In this document: positions 15,956-25,944 of the stretch, piece after piece
Numbering within the stretch: the stretch's first letter is position 1
Layout: every line of letters starts with the position of its first letter
DNA from: a virus
Lineage: Duplodnaviria > Caudoviricetes
Length of the DNA: 26,331 nt
IMG/VR virus record: IMGVR_UViG_3300042348_000006
Coordinates: 1-26,331 of that record
Direction: 5' to 3' (one strand)
Made by a program: the position numbers and the translations under genes
The notes under the pieces: model-generated
Database searches by the model: none
What the model saw: only the letters and a program-made list of their open reading frames with translations
Told to the model about the DNA's origin: nothing

Positions 15956-17122
15956 TTAAAAGGAGCCGGCTCGTTCTCTACCTAGCGCTCCACTGGTTAC
16001 ACCAGTTTGACCGCTAAATGCGGCCTCCTCTAATCCAATAATTCTCTTACGTTTCTTTGATGCCTCTGCCTGTCCTGGAAGATTAAATACCTCTTCCTCT
16101 GCAGTAGCTTGTATATAAGGTTCTTGTTGATAGATATTAGCAAGTTGTGAGCCTCGTTCTAGTCCAGCGCCAATTGCCTTATATCCTTCTTGTGCTTTTT
16201 CTTTAGTTACACCATAACGGCGTAGGTATTCAGCATCAGTTAAACTTGTAGTTAGTCCGGATACTAAAGCAGCTCCGCCAATTTCAGCAGCAGTCACCTT
16301 CTTCTTGATATCTTCTAATCCCTTTTCTGGGTCTAGAGTATAAGCAAGGATATCGCCATTAGTAATATCAGGATAGAATTGCTTTAATGCTGTCTTAACT
16401 TCAGGTGCAGCATCAAGGACTCTCTTCTGTGCAGTTAGCACTCGCTCTTCTAATTCAACTGCAGATACATCGTTTGCAATTAATCTATTAAATCCTTGTT
16501 GAGTACCCAAAGAATCTTTAGCATAATAAGATGCAGGTAGTCCGTAGTTACGCATAATATTCTGGTATTGATCTTCTAGTGCTAAATATTCACCAGGTGA
16601 TAAGGCAGTTAAACCTTTTTTAATACGTTCTGTATTGCCAGCAAAACGCTTTTGATAGGCATCTGTGTTACGTAATGCAATCTGAAATTCAGGTCCAGAT
16701 AGTCCTTGTTTAATTAAATCTTGTAATGGGCTAACTAATGCCTCAAGTCCATATCTACTAAACTCTGATAGTAATAAAGCATAGGCTGATCTAGATGCGG
16801 CTTGGGCTTCAAGGTTAGGACCACCCGCTGCAGGACTACCTGGGGTAGGAGTACTACCACCACCGCCACCGCCACCGCCACCTGCGCTTGGGAAATTTTT
16901 AGCAATTTTTTCTGCGGTTGCAGCATTAACTGCTGCGCCACCACCCTTTGCAACTGCTGCAGCGTACTCAGCATCAGATAAATTTGCTAATGGGTTGTAA
17001 GAATCCCCATAATAGCCAGAGGCGTTAATACCACCTCTTGCTTCAATTTCTGCTTTAGATGCTGCACCAGCAGCAATAGCAGCTTTTTCTGCTGCGGCAC
17101 TACGAACGAAACCATTGGCCAT
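15956..17122 (-). CDS. 388-aa putative internal virion (ejection) protein
   Basis: Ala/Gly-rich N-terminus, G9 linker, helical body; TAATG-coupled to the 473-aa gene. Function is inferred. Confidence 0.5.
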   Translation of the reverse strand: MANGFVRSAAAEKAAIAAGAASKAEIEARGGINASGYYGDSYNPLANLSDAEYAAAVAKGGGAAVNAATAEKIAKNFPSAGGGGGGGGGSTPTPGSPAAGGPNLEAQAASRSAYALLLSEFSRYGLEALVSPLQDLIKQGLSGPEFQIALRNTDAYQKRFAGNTERIKKGLTALSPGEYLALEDQYQNIMRNYGLPASYYAKDSLGTQQGFNRLIANDVSAVELEERVLTAQKRVLDAAPEVKTALKQFYPDITNGDILAYTLDPEKGLEDIKKKVTAAEIGGAALVSGLTTSLTDAEYLRRYGVTKEKAQEGYKAIGAGLERGSQLANIYQQEPYIQATAEEEVFNLPGQAEASKKRKRIIGLEEAAFSGQTGVTSGALGRERAGSF

Positions 17123-18543
17123 TATACTGTTCGCACTCCCTGTCCTAATAATCCAAAGTCTTTAAGTGTATCGTTTAAGACAGTAGTAGTTACACTAATA
17201 CCCTCTGGCGAACCATCCCACCAAAATTGAGATCTTTTATTTTTTTCAAATTGTGGTGCATCGGCAAATCCTTTATCAGTTATAGCTAAAGGAATAACGT
17301 CATTTAACTTAATGGCACTAATAGGTAGGCCTCTTGCTCTTGCAATATTACTCATATAAGTAGAAAAGGTAGTAGACAAATCCTCATCTGGTGCAATTTG
17401 GCTTCTTACAGATTCTGGTAAAATTCTTCTAGCAGCGTTACGAATTGCTGTTTTAAATTTATCAATAGATTCACCATTATTAATAGACTCTAACCAGTTA
17501 GGTAGATCCATAGCAAAATCTGTTTCAAGATCATAACCATTTGCTAAAGCAGTAGAAGCAAGTGTTTGCTTACTCTTTTCTGTCTTTGCTGCCTGACTGG
17601 TTTTGTAAACATCAAGTTGTTTTACTCTATTTTCTAAAAATGTTCTAGGATCTAGACCTGATTCCTGAACTAATACCTGTCTTCCATTAACCATCTTATA
17701 AGTACCTTTAGAGATACTAGATAGTTTCTTTTGTTCAGCCTGTAACTCTTTAAATAATTGATCTATCTCTGCTTGATTAGCTTCTCTACCTAAATTTAGG
17801 GATGAGAATATACTATCAATAAGACCTTCTGCGGTGCTCTTATTATAGATTGCTTGGGTGCCAAATGGTTCTGGTAGTCCAGTACCAGCCTCGCCAGCGC
17901 CGGTAGTAATGTCTATAGTAGGCTTTATTAAAAACTCTCTTAAAGAGGCACCTTGTAAATTCTTAGGTAACTTACCTCTTTCTATATAAATTTTTTCAAT
18001 TGCAGATTGAGTGTTAGTCCAATCTTTAAGACCCGAAATACTGCCCTTGTAAAAACTGGGAAAATTTTTCTTTAGATCTTCTTGAACAGATTTTAACTGT
18101 GCTTCATCTGCTGCGATAGTATTAATTAATTGAGTATAACTTGCAACTGATTGTTGATCTATAGCACCCTGGTTAGCGGTATCCCTGGCGAGTTTTTCTG
18201 CATCTAAGGCAGCTTGTTTATTTGCTCTTAATTTCTCTACAGTTACGCCTTGTTTGGCTGCCTGAACTGCCTCCGAAACACCTTCTTGCTCACCAGTTAT
18301 TTTTTTATTTTCTAGTTCTTTGTTATAGGCAGCAAGTATTCTATCGTAATAGGCTTTTGCTTTATTACGGTCTTGAGCAGCCTTTTCTAATCTAGCGAGT
18401 GCTGTTTTACCTGAAGGAGAAGTGTCATCAAATTTTCCATACCTAGTATCTTTGGTATCTCCCTCTCTAGTTCTTACTATGCTTTCAGCAAGATTGAGAT
18501 CTTTGGTAGCCTTGTCTAATTGATCCTTTAAACTCATAGCCAT
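17122..18543 (-). CDS. 473-aa putative internal virion (ejection) protein
   Basis: Coiled-coil-like N-terminus, helical, Cys-free. Middle gene of the three-gene block. Confidence 0.5.
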   Translation of the reverse strand: MAMSLKDQLDKATKDLNLAESIVRTREGDTKDTRYGKFDDTSPSGKTALARLEKAAQDRNKAKAYYDRILAAYNKELENKKITGEQEGVSEAVQAAKQGVTVEKLRANKQAALDAEKLARDTANQGAIDQQSVASYTQLINTIAADEAQLKSVQEDLKKNFPSFYKGSISGLKDWTNTQSAIEKIYIERGKLPKNLQGASLREFLIKPTIDITTGAGEAGTGLPEPFGTQAIYNKSTAEGLIDSIFSSLNLGREANQAEIDQLFKELQAEQKKLSSISKGTYKMVNGRQVLVQESGLDPRTFLENRVKQLDVYKTSQAAKTEKSKQTLASTALANGYDLETDFAMDLPNWLESINNGESIDKFKTAIRNAARRILPESVRSQIAPDEDLSTTFSTYMSNIARARGLPISAIKLNDVIPLAITDKGFADAPQFEKNKRSQFWWDGSPEGISVTTTVLNDTLKDFGLLGQGVRTV

Positions 18544-18547
18544 TTAA

Positions 18548-21500
18548 TTAATCCCCTAACAATCTGCCAAATAAGACATCGTATACTGCTTGTGTGTTTT
18601 CATTATAGCCAGCTAGTTCCCTAAGTTTAAGAATAGTGTCATCCTTTAGATATTTAATTAACTTTTGAGATCCACCAAACTCATCATAATTTGCTTTCTC
18701 ATCTTTGTATTGATTATATACCTTAGACATTTCTCTAAGTTTTTCTTGAACATCTTTTCTAATACCTATGTTCTGAGATAACATATTGTCTAATTCGTCT
18801 AAAGTATTTAAGCGATTAGCAGCTTTCTGAGAACCAGTTGTTCCTAGTTCTTCTCTGACCAATGGGCGGGCTGCAAAGAATACATCTTTCCAGGCATCAA
18901 ACTCTTTGCGTAGTTGAGTTCTTTCAAAGTCCACTGTTGAGTTCTCAAGAGAAGATTCAAACGCTTCTTTTCTCTTATAGTAAGTCTGTAAATCTGAAGA
19001 AGTCTGTACCTCTCGTAGATAATCATCTACTCGCTTGTTATAGGTCATTCCCATATCTCGCATAAGTTGATAGGTATCCCACGAGAAACCAGTCTTATGA
19101 GGTATTAAAAATGCTGCGGCATTTGGGAAGTCTTTAAATAGATCTCTATTATTATCTACGAAGTATCCTGATTCTTCAGCATATCTAAGTGGTGCAATAG
19201 ACTTACGCTCTGACTCAGTAACTGTATATGGAACTTGGTTAGGGAATAACTCAACCCACTTAGCCATAGCTGCATCATAATCACCAGGATATTTATCTAG
19301 TAGATTATTAAATGCTTGTTTCCAGTTAGCACGACCATTATCACTAATCCATTGGGCCATATCAGATTTAAGTTGAACCTGTGGTGATGCTGGTGCTAGA
19401 AATCCTAAAGCAAATCTAACTCTTAGAACTCCAAGAGTAGTGTTCTTAACTCTTAAACGATACTCTTCTTGTTCTGCAGTAGTAGGTGGTAATAAGTTAC
19501 CTTCGTCATCATACCTCTTTGGTATTCCATTACCTGAAGCCTCTAGATAGGTAACTGCTTTACGCCAAGCGCTTGCGTACTGAGAGTTGCGTTCATCAGT
19601 ATCTAACGCACCAACTAAACGATTGATGTGTGCTGGTAATAGTGCAGATAATACTGGTCTATCTACAGCATACTTACCTAATAAAAATCCTTCTAAACTA
19701 TCTGCTGATTTTTCATCAGCAAAGCCTAGTAAAGTTGTAATTGTTTTAACGCTTGCTCCAGCTAATGGACCAGAAAATGTAGGAACTAAAGAATCTGGAT
19801 TTAAAGATGGAGTAATCATCTTCAGTTGAGCACCAAACTCTATTGGGAATGGAGTCTTAAACTCATCTGCAATACCCAAACGAGACAGTACATCCTGTAC
19901 TGCGTTATAAACTGGTGCTATACCAGGATAAACAAAGTAATCATTACCTTGATCATCCTTTTGCACCCAACCAGAATGAGTTACGCCTTCATAGGTAAGG
20001 GCTGCTTTAACAAGAGCCTCTGGATTGTAACGAACAACCCGATACATACGGCGATAAAAGTCTTCAGTCGCTCTATAGAAACGAGCAAAGTTACGAGAGG
20101 TAAAAGCAATCTGAGTTCTAACAAGCGGGTTATCTACATATTGTAGAATCTGACCTACTGCTCTGTCTTCAACTGCTGTAGCAAGAGTTCTCTTAGCTCT
20201 CTCTGTAGCAATTGCAATACCGGTTGTATTTTCTGGATTAATACCTCTAATATGTGCTTCAATCCATTTTTGCTCAAAACCAGATTTACGCATTTCTTTA
20301 CGAATTGATACCATCTCATTTAAAACTAAAGGCTGACGTGACATACGGGCGTTTGCTAGTCCAAGCCAAGACCAGCCTCTTGTCATTACGTTTGAGGTAA
20401 GTTGTTGTGCTTCTACTGCTGGAACAAGAGTAGGGCCAACAATTGCAAAAGGAATATCATCATCAACTGTAGGCATATCATCAATAGAAAGTTGTCCTTC
20501 TACTTTCCACTTGCCATCTTTACCTTTAATTCGGATCTTATTTAAAAGATCTTCGTTTATATCACCATTGCGTTTTACGAAATGTGATTTAGTACGATTA
20601 AATGCAAGGTCTAATAACCTAGATTCGCTCATTTCATCAGAAAGTTGAGCATCTTTTAGATACTGTTTACCAGCTTTAGTCTGTAACCATTTACGGCCTA
20701 AGTTTAAAAACTCTTCTTGGTTGTCTAAGTTAGCAACTGCAATTTTACCCAAGTCATCATTAGCGTAGTAACCAATACGAGACATCCAAGTAAATAAAGA
20801 TGCTTCATCCTGAACAGATATAGCCTTTGGAACAAATGCTCGCTCACCAGGTTTCTTGGCGTAATTACCAAGACCCTTAATCTCAAGAGCGTGTGCTCTA
20901 ACACCTGTACTCTTTACTAAATTTTGAGCACGGGATAGGTAATCAGTAGCGCCAGTAGCAAAGTTAGATGCGCTTTCAGATACAACACCTAAGGCATTTT
21001 CTATATCGCCATATTTCATTTGTTCTGAAAGAAGAGCAATCTCATCTTTAGCCATTGGTGGTAAATTTAGATTTTCTCTAAAACGATTAATTCTACCTTG
21101 GCTCAAAGTACGAGCAAATATTTCCCTAGTTTCGTTTACTAAACCATTTCTAGTTACATATTCAAGTTCTTTAATTTTAAATTCAAAATCAGAAATATCA
21201 ATAGGATCTTTAGCCTTAGATAAATCTCTTTTTAATCTTACTAATTCTTTTGTTGCATCATCAAATTTAGTTTTTAATGTAGTAAGTTCTGTTGCTATAT
21301 TGTCTACTTCTTTTTTATTTACTAAACGCATAGCAATTCCAAGAGGATTTTCAGACCACTTTAACTTTCCGCCAGTTTCTGCTTTTTTAGTAGCAGCTAA
21401 GAATGTGTTAATACGGGTTGATAAAAGTCTATTCTTGGCAACTCCCCAAGGAGATTGACCAATAGCAATATTCATCATTAAGTCTTCACCTGCGTTACGA

Positions 21501-23392
21501 AGAGCATAACGAGGTCCAGCAAGAGTTAAGAAAGACCAAGCACTTACCATTTGCTCAGCAAGTTGGGTATTAGGTACACCCATTAACTTTTGAAATAGAC
21601 CATTACGACCTGCTGCTCTGTCTAAATCTTGTAGACTTGGAGCAGAAGCAAGTGGAGTGAAATCTGAAGGTAATGCACCTCTATCTCTAAAGGCATCATC
21701 TAATCCATATAGTGCCTGAGATTTACCTGTTAGATAACGAACAATTTGTTGACCAGGTTGGGTTGTGTTTAGACCACGAACTTCAGCAACTGTTCCCCAT
21801 AGACCGTAGTAATCATTTTTTCTTTTACCTACTTCTTCAATACTATCAAATGCCTGTGCCAATAGAGTAGATTCTCTTTTAGGCATAACCATTCTAGCGA
21901 TACGATATATCTGACTTGAGGCATCAGGTGCTGTAACATCAAATACATCATCTCTAAACAATGGGGCAATTGTAAACTTTGCCTTTGCTCTATCAATTCT
22001 TTGTGCTATATAAGCAGTTGAAAAACGAGCAATATCTATAGGCTTAGTAGATGCTTTAACTTGATTGATAAATTCTTCTTTGCCATTAATAATAGTCTTG
22101 GCAATACCATCAGCATCTGTTGCGCCACCAAACCACATATCATCTACAAGTTTAGGACCAACTGCATCTATGTTGCGTATTTGACGACCTGTAGTAACTG
22201 CTGCAATGCGAGCCTTACGTACTGGATCCATTCTAGGAATAATAATTCTTCTACGACCAATAGATCCTTTAAGCATTTCATCTAATTGATTTGTATTCTC
22301 AAAAAATGCTTCTGCTGTTTTAGCATTAACTACTGGAATATCTGCCTTTAAAAATGTTTGAATCACAGCAGGTCCATATTCAGGGGCTAGAGTCTGTAGA
22401 TCTCTTTTAATTCTTACAATCTCTTCAGTATTTTTAACTGTTGCAGATTGTGCCTTTTGTAATTCATCTAACTTGGCACCATATTGATCCCAAAAATTAA
22501 TTACCGGTGCTTTAGAAAATACATCTGCTACTCTATCTCCACCAGTTGCCATCGTAAGAGCATATTTACTTGCATCATAAAAACGCTTTGCTTTGCCAGC
22601 AAGAAGTAATGGATCAGCTAAAATTCTAAATGCAGCATCTACTGTACCTGATACAGCCTTGTAAAAAAGACCTGATCCTTCTATATCGCCAGGTGTAATA
22701 AGGTTTGCGAACTGACGACCAGGAGAATATTTAGCAGCCTGTACTTGATCAAGAGTATTTTGGAAGTTAGCTCTTGCTGCAGCAATATCATCTGTAGATA
22801 TACCAGGAATATTAGTCTGTCTTGGATCTGCCAACATTATATATTTTTGTTGTTCAGGTGTAGCAGATTTAAAAATATCCTCAGGTTTTTCACCAGCAGC
22901 AATACGCATTGCTACGTCTACTGCTTCAGTTCCCCACTTTGCTTTAGCATCACCAATACGACCAGGGCTAAATACTTTATCGCCCTTATCGTTTGCTATT
23001 CTAAAAGCGCTACCTAAACTTACATCTTGGTCAATAGCAATAGCAGCAGTGCGATAAGCACGAGTCATTGCATCCGATACGTTACCTAAGCCAGCAAGTG
23101 TTTTACCGCCTACATAACCAAGAGCATTAGCAACTTGACCACCTGTATAGTGCCAAGCACTTCCAAGCCAGCCACGATTAGGTTTTAACGCTGGATCCTC
23201 ATTACCAAAATTCTTTTGTAAAGTTTGTTGCTGAGAAGGATCTAGATTATTGTAAACTTGACTAGCTACATCTGAAGGTAGGTTAGATAAATTTTTATGA
23301 ACAGAAAGAGATTTATTAAAATCATCAAGTTTCTTTTTCTGTTCTGGCGTTAATCCTGCCGCATAAGCAGCAGCTTTTAAACTCTCAGACAT
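18548..23392 (-). CDS. 1614-aa large putative internal virion / DNA-ejection protein (T7 gp16-like role)
   Basis: Very long, helical, no Cys seen, no tape-measure periodicity. The C-terminal half has segments such as FARFYRATEDFYRR and YFVYP resembling podovirus core proteins. Confidence 0.55.
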   Translation of the reverse strand: MSESLKAAAYAAGLTPEQKKKLDDFNKSLSVHKNLSNLPSDVASQVYNNLDPSQQQTLQKNFGNEDPALKPNRGWLGSAWHYTGGQVANALGYVGGKTLAGLGNVSDAMTRAYRTAAIAIDQDVSLGSAFRIANDKGDKVFSPGRIGDAKAKWGTEAVDVAMRIAAGEKPEDIFKSATPEQQKYIMLADPRQTNIPGISTDDIAAARANFQNTLDQVQAAKYSPGRQFANLITPGDIEGSGLFYKAVSGTVDAAFRILADPLLLAGKAKRFYDASKYALTMATGGDRVADVFSKAPVINFWDQYGAKLDELQKAQSATVKNTEEIVRIKRDLQTLAPEYGPAVIQTFLKADIPVVNAKTAEAFFENTNQLDEMLKGSIGRRRIIIPRMDPVRKARIAAVTTGRQIRNIDAVGPKLVDDMWFGGATDADGIAKTIINGKEEFINQVKASTKPIDIARFSTAYIAQRIDRAKAKFTIAPLFRDDVFDVTAPDASSQIYRIARMVMPKRESTLLAQAFDSIEEVGKRKNDYYGLWGTVAEVRGLNTTQPGQQIVRYLTGKSQALYGLDDAFRDRGALPSDFTPLASAPSLQDLDRAAGRNGLFQKLMGVPNTQLAEQMVSAWSFLTLAGPRYALRNAGEDLMMNIAIGQSPWGVAKNRLLSTRINTFLAATKKAETGGKLKWSENPLGIAMRLVNKKEVDNIATELTTLKTKFDDATKELVRLKRDLSKAKDPIDISDFEFKIKELEYVTRNGLVNETREIFARTLSQGRINRFRENLNLPPMAKDEIALLSEQMKYGDIENALGVVSESASNFATGATDYLSRAQNLVKSTGVRAHALEIKGLGNYAKKPGERAFVPKAISVQDEASLFTWMSRIGYYANDDLGKIAVANLDNQEEFLNLGRKWLQTKAGKQYLKDAQLSDEMSESRLLDLAFNRTKSHFVKRNGDINEDLLNKIRIKGKDGKWKVEGQLSIDDMPTVDDDIPFAIVGPTLVPAVEAQQLTSNVMTRGWSWLGLANARMSRQPLVLNEMVSIRKEMRKSGFEQKWIEAHIRGINPENTTGIAIATERAKRTLATAVEDRAVGQILQYVDNPLVRTQIAFTSRNFARFYRATEDFYRRMYRVVRYNPEALVKAALTYEGVTHSGWVQKDDQGNDYFVYPGIAPVYNAVQDVLSRLGIADEFKTPFPIEFGAQLKMITPSLNPDSLVPTFSGPLAGASVKTITTLLGFADEKSADSLEGFLLGKYAVDRPVLSALLPAHINRLVGALDTDERNSQYASAWRKAVTYLEASGNGIPKRYDDEGNLLPPTTAEQEEYRLRVKNTTLGVLRVRFALGFLAPASPQVQLKSDMAQWISDNGRANWKQAFNNLLDKYPGDYDAAMAKWVELFPNQVPYTVTESERKSIAPLRYAEESGYFVDNNRDLFKDFPNAAAFLIPHKTGFSWDTYQLMRDMGMTYNKRVDDYLREVQTSSDLQTYYKRKEAFESSLENSTVDFERTQLRKEFDAWKDVFFAARPLVREELGTTGSQKAANRLNTLDELDNMLSQNIGIRKDVQEKLREMSKVYNQYKDEKANYDEFGGSQKLIKYLKDDTILKLRELAGYNENTQAVYDVLFGRLLGD

Positions 23393-23802
23393 TAATCACC
23401 CCGTGATAAAGCATCCTGATACAAAATACCTATTTCGCCGGTGGTATCAAATGGTAGTAGTGGGGCTAAAGTATCTGATGTTTTAACTGATGATTTTTTC
23501 ATCAACAGTGCTTGTGATGTTGGACCATCGCCTATATCAATACCAGCTTGTATTGGTTCAGTTTTCTTTTGTGACTCAGCAAATATTGGAGTGATTGGTG
23601 TTTGCATTACTGGGTTAGCAGGTCTTCCACCTACGTTATCTGCAACACCACGAGTAGTTGCTTTAGGTGCTGCAGTATTAAGCATTGCAGTCTCTTGACC
23701 TTCACCGTATGCGGTTGATCCTAAACTTAGTTTATCGTTTCTCACTGAAAAGGGTCCTGGTCCTGGTACGCCTGCTAGAGGATTCATTGGGGCTTTTGCC
23801 AT
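23392..23802 (-). CDS. 136-aa Pro/Gly-rich protein, probably virion-associated
   Basis: GVPGPGPFSVRND N-terminus, GGAGG RBS, TAATG overlaps on both sides. Confidence 0.7.
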   Translation of the reverse strand: MAKAPMNPLAGVPGPGPFSVRNDKLSLGSTAYGEGQETAMLNTAAPKATTRGVADNVGGRPANPVMQTPITPIFAESQKKTEPIQAGIDIGDGPTSQALLMKKSSVKTSDTLAPLLPFDTTGEIGILYQDALSRGD

Positions 23803-24011
23803 TATTCCTCCTTTAAAGTTTCTAAATCTTGTGCGAAGTCTTGCCAGACCTTCGTCTCATAAGTTTTTTGGTTTGAATGATAGATAGCTAATTGGTGCAG
23901 ATCATCTGCAAGTGCTTCTATCACTGATGTTAAGTTTAAAAAGAATCCTGATACTATTACTAAATAATCAGACAAGCGCACTGGGCGATTAAGATTATTA
24001 TCTTGGTTCAC
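23802..24011 (-). CDS. 69-aa hypothetical protein
   Basis: GTG start with AGGAG RBS; the stop overlaps the next ATG. Confidence 0.65.
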   Translation of the reverse strand: MNQDNNLNRPVRLSDYLVIVSGFFLNLTSVIEALADDLHQLAIYHSNQKTYETKVWQDFAQDLETLKEE

Positions 24012-24035
24012 CCAGTGCTCCTATCACTAAATAAT

Positions 24036-24173
24036 TTAACCCTTTTTTGCTGATGGGCCTTTACGACCTGCTGGTGTGTATCCGAAGAATACTTTTCCAG
24101 TTGTTGGTGCTGGTGCGTTCTTTGGCTCTACAGGCTTTGCTTCAACTGCCTTTGCTTGTGATCCCTTGTTCAT
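24036..24173 (-). CDS. 45-aa basic peptide after the portal gene (not in ORF track)
   Basis: MNKGSQAKAVEAKPVEPKNAPAPTTGKVFFGYTPAGRKGPSAKKG*, with a strong GGAGGTGA RBS. Confidence 0.75.
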   Translation of the reverse strand: MNKGSQAKAVEAKPVEPKNAPAPTTGKVFFGYTPAGRKGPSAKKG

Positions 24174-24189
24174 TTATTCACCTCCCTTA

Positions 24190-25935
24190 TTATGCTGCGC
24201 CGCCGATAGAGGCGAGTAATTGTGCGATGTCTGGTTGAGGTTGACCAGCAGCAGGGGCCTCTCCGCTTTGTTGTTCTGGAGTTGGCTGCGAGGCAGGAAC
24301 GGGGGCCGCTCCTGCTACTGGAACTTGTTGTTCAGGCATCATTGGTGCAGGAGCCACTGGCTCCGGTGCAAATGCCTTAGCAATAATCGTTTCTAGTTGT
24401 AATCCTTTTTGTCTGCCCGCAATGACATCAGCGATCCTAGTAATAACTTGAGATGGGTCTTGACCCTGCGAGGCAAGCATTGGTATAGCTTGAGCATACT
24501 GGGCAACAGCAACACGAAGAGAATCACGCATTTCTTCAATGTCCACCCTTTGTTCTTCTTGTGTGACATTTAACTCCATAGGGATTTCTCGGCGAACATA
24601 ATCTCTTGAGACTAACTTATCGCTACGCATTTGTAGTAATGCAATGATGGCTCGGTTAGGATCCATACCAGACATAATGCCGTAACGTACATCTACACCA
24701 TACTCGCCTTTAATATCACGAGATGGAATATATTTAAGTGTATAAGGTGTACCGTCATCGGTTCCCTTAATTTGCTTAGTTACATTACCAAAGATCTTCT
24801 CATCTACTTCAAAGCATAGAGATACCATCTCAGTAAATAAGCGAGCAAACTGTGCTTGCGCTGCTTTAACCTGTGTATCAAATCCAGCCTGTAGTGCTTG
24901 TACACCACGACCAGTTACAACAGAGGCATCAATATTACCTGAGCGAGTTTCTGGATAACGAGCACCCATACGAAGTTCACGCTCTAATACACCAGACTCT
25001 GTAAATACACCTGCTGGTAGTTCTAGTGGAACTCTACGAATACCTTGTGGATTAGCAGAACGCATAATCGCATCTGGTCCAAGTGCAAGTTCTTGTACAT
25101 CTTGTGGAATAGCAATAGGTGCTTGAATAGATTTCTCAGCAGCTTGAATCTGCAATACTGCAAAGCGAGCACGGGCTAACTGAACAGATAGGATGTCATC
25201 AAACTGACCACGAGCCTCACCATCTAATGATGATCTCATTGCTACATTTGCTAGACACTTACCTACTGGGTTAGGTACATTAGCTAATATTAAATTCTGA
25301 CGTTCTGGTAGGAATATTAAGTCTTGATCTTTGTCGTGGTAACGAACCAAAGATACTGATGGGGAACCCTGTTGCCATCTATTGTGTGGCATAATCTGGG
25401 TAGCGTACTCTGGGTACTGCGCTGCTAATGTCTCAGCATCGGTAGTAACAACCTGTACCAAAGATACAGTTCTACCAAAGCGATCCATCTCAGGATATAC
25501 ACCAAAAGGATTTAGTAAACGAATACGAGGATTGTTTGTCTCGTAATCCATTTCAATCATTGCTGGCAACATACCGTAGGTATTAAACCAGTCAGCACCC
25601 TGATACATCTGGATCTGTAGATCAGATGAGGTTACATAATAATTAGCAATACGAGTTCTCATATCAGCAGCACGGCGCTGAGTATCAGATACCATATTGG
25701 TTGCAGAGCAGTTAAAGGATGGCAGTGGTGCCATTACCTCTGCTAGGTCACGGGCAGCTACATCTACGAAGTTAGCAACTAGTGGCTTTGGATAATCTTC
25801 GGAAAACATAGATGGATATACTTTAGATATATCACCTTGGCGCACTGATAGAACATCACGCATACGTTGATCTCTAGCAGAGTATCTAGTTTGTATACGA
25901 GCTGCTTTCGCAACTACCTCTTTAGGTGTTAACAA
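24190..25935 (-). CDS. portal protein
   Basis: 581 aa directly after the terminase gene. Features include 'VANFVDVAARDLAE', 'IRLLNP', 'TGRGVQAL' and a Pro/Gln-rich C-terminal tail. TTG start with AAGGAG. Confidence 0.85.
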   Translation of the reverse strand: MLTPKEVVAKAARIQTRYSARDQRMRDVLSVRQGDISKVYPSMFSEDYPKPLVANFVDVAARDLAEVMAPLPSFNCSATNMVSDTQRRAADMRTRIANYYVTSSDLQIQMYQGADWFNTYGMLPAMIEMDYETNNPRIRLLNPFGVYPEMDRFGRTVSLVQVVTTDAETLAAQYPEYATQIMPHNRWQQGSPSVSLVRYHDKDQDLIFLPERQNLILANVPNPVGKCLANVAMRSSLDGEARGQFDDILSVQLARARFAVLQIQAAEKSIQAPIAIPQDVQELALGPDAIMRSANPQGIRRVPLELPAGVFTESGVLERELRMGARYPETRSGNIDASVVTGRGVQALQAGFDTQVKAAQAQFARLFTEMVSLCFEVDEKIFGNVTKQIKGTDDGTPYTLKYIPSRDIKGEYGVDVRYGIMSGMDPNRAIIALLQMRSDKLVSRDYVRREIPMELNVTQEEQRVDIEEMRDSLRVAVAQYAQAIPMLASQGQDPSQVITRIADVIAGRQKGLQLETIIAKAFAPEPVAPAPMMPEQQVPVAGAAPVPASQPTPEQQSGEAPAAGQPQPDIAQLLASIGGAA

Positions 25936-25944
25936 CTTTTCTCC

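Noticed and set aside
18548-23392. Tape measure protein or virion RNA polymerase
   Set aside because: No tape-measure periodicity, no tail tube or chaperone genes nearby, and no polymerase motifs recognised. A structure search is needed to exclude these fully.
24047-24238. Plus-strand 63-aa ORF
   Set aside because: It is antisense to the portal 3' end and to the 45-aa gene that has a strong RBS.
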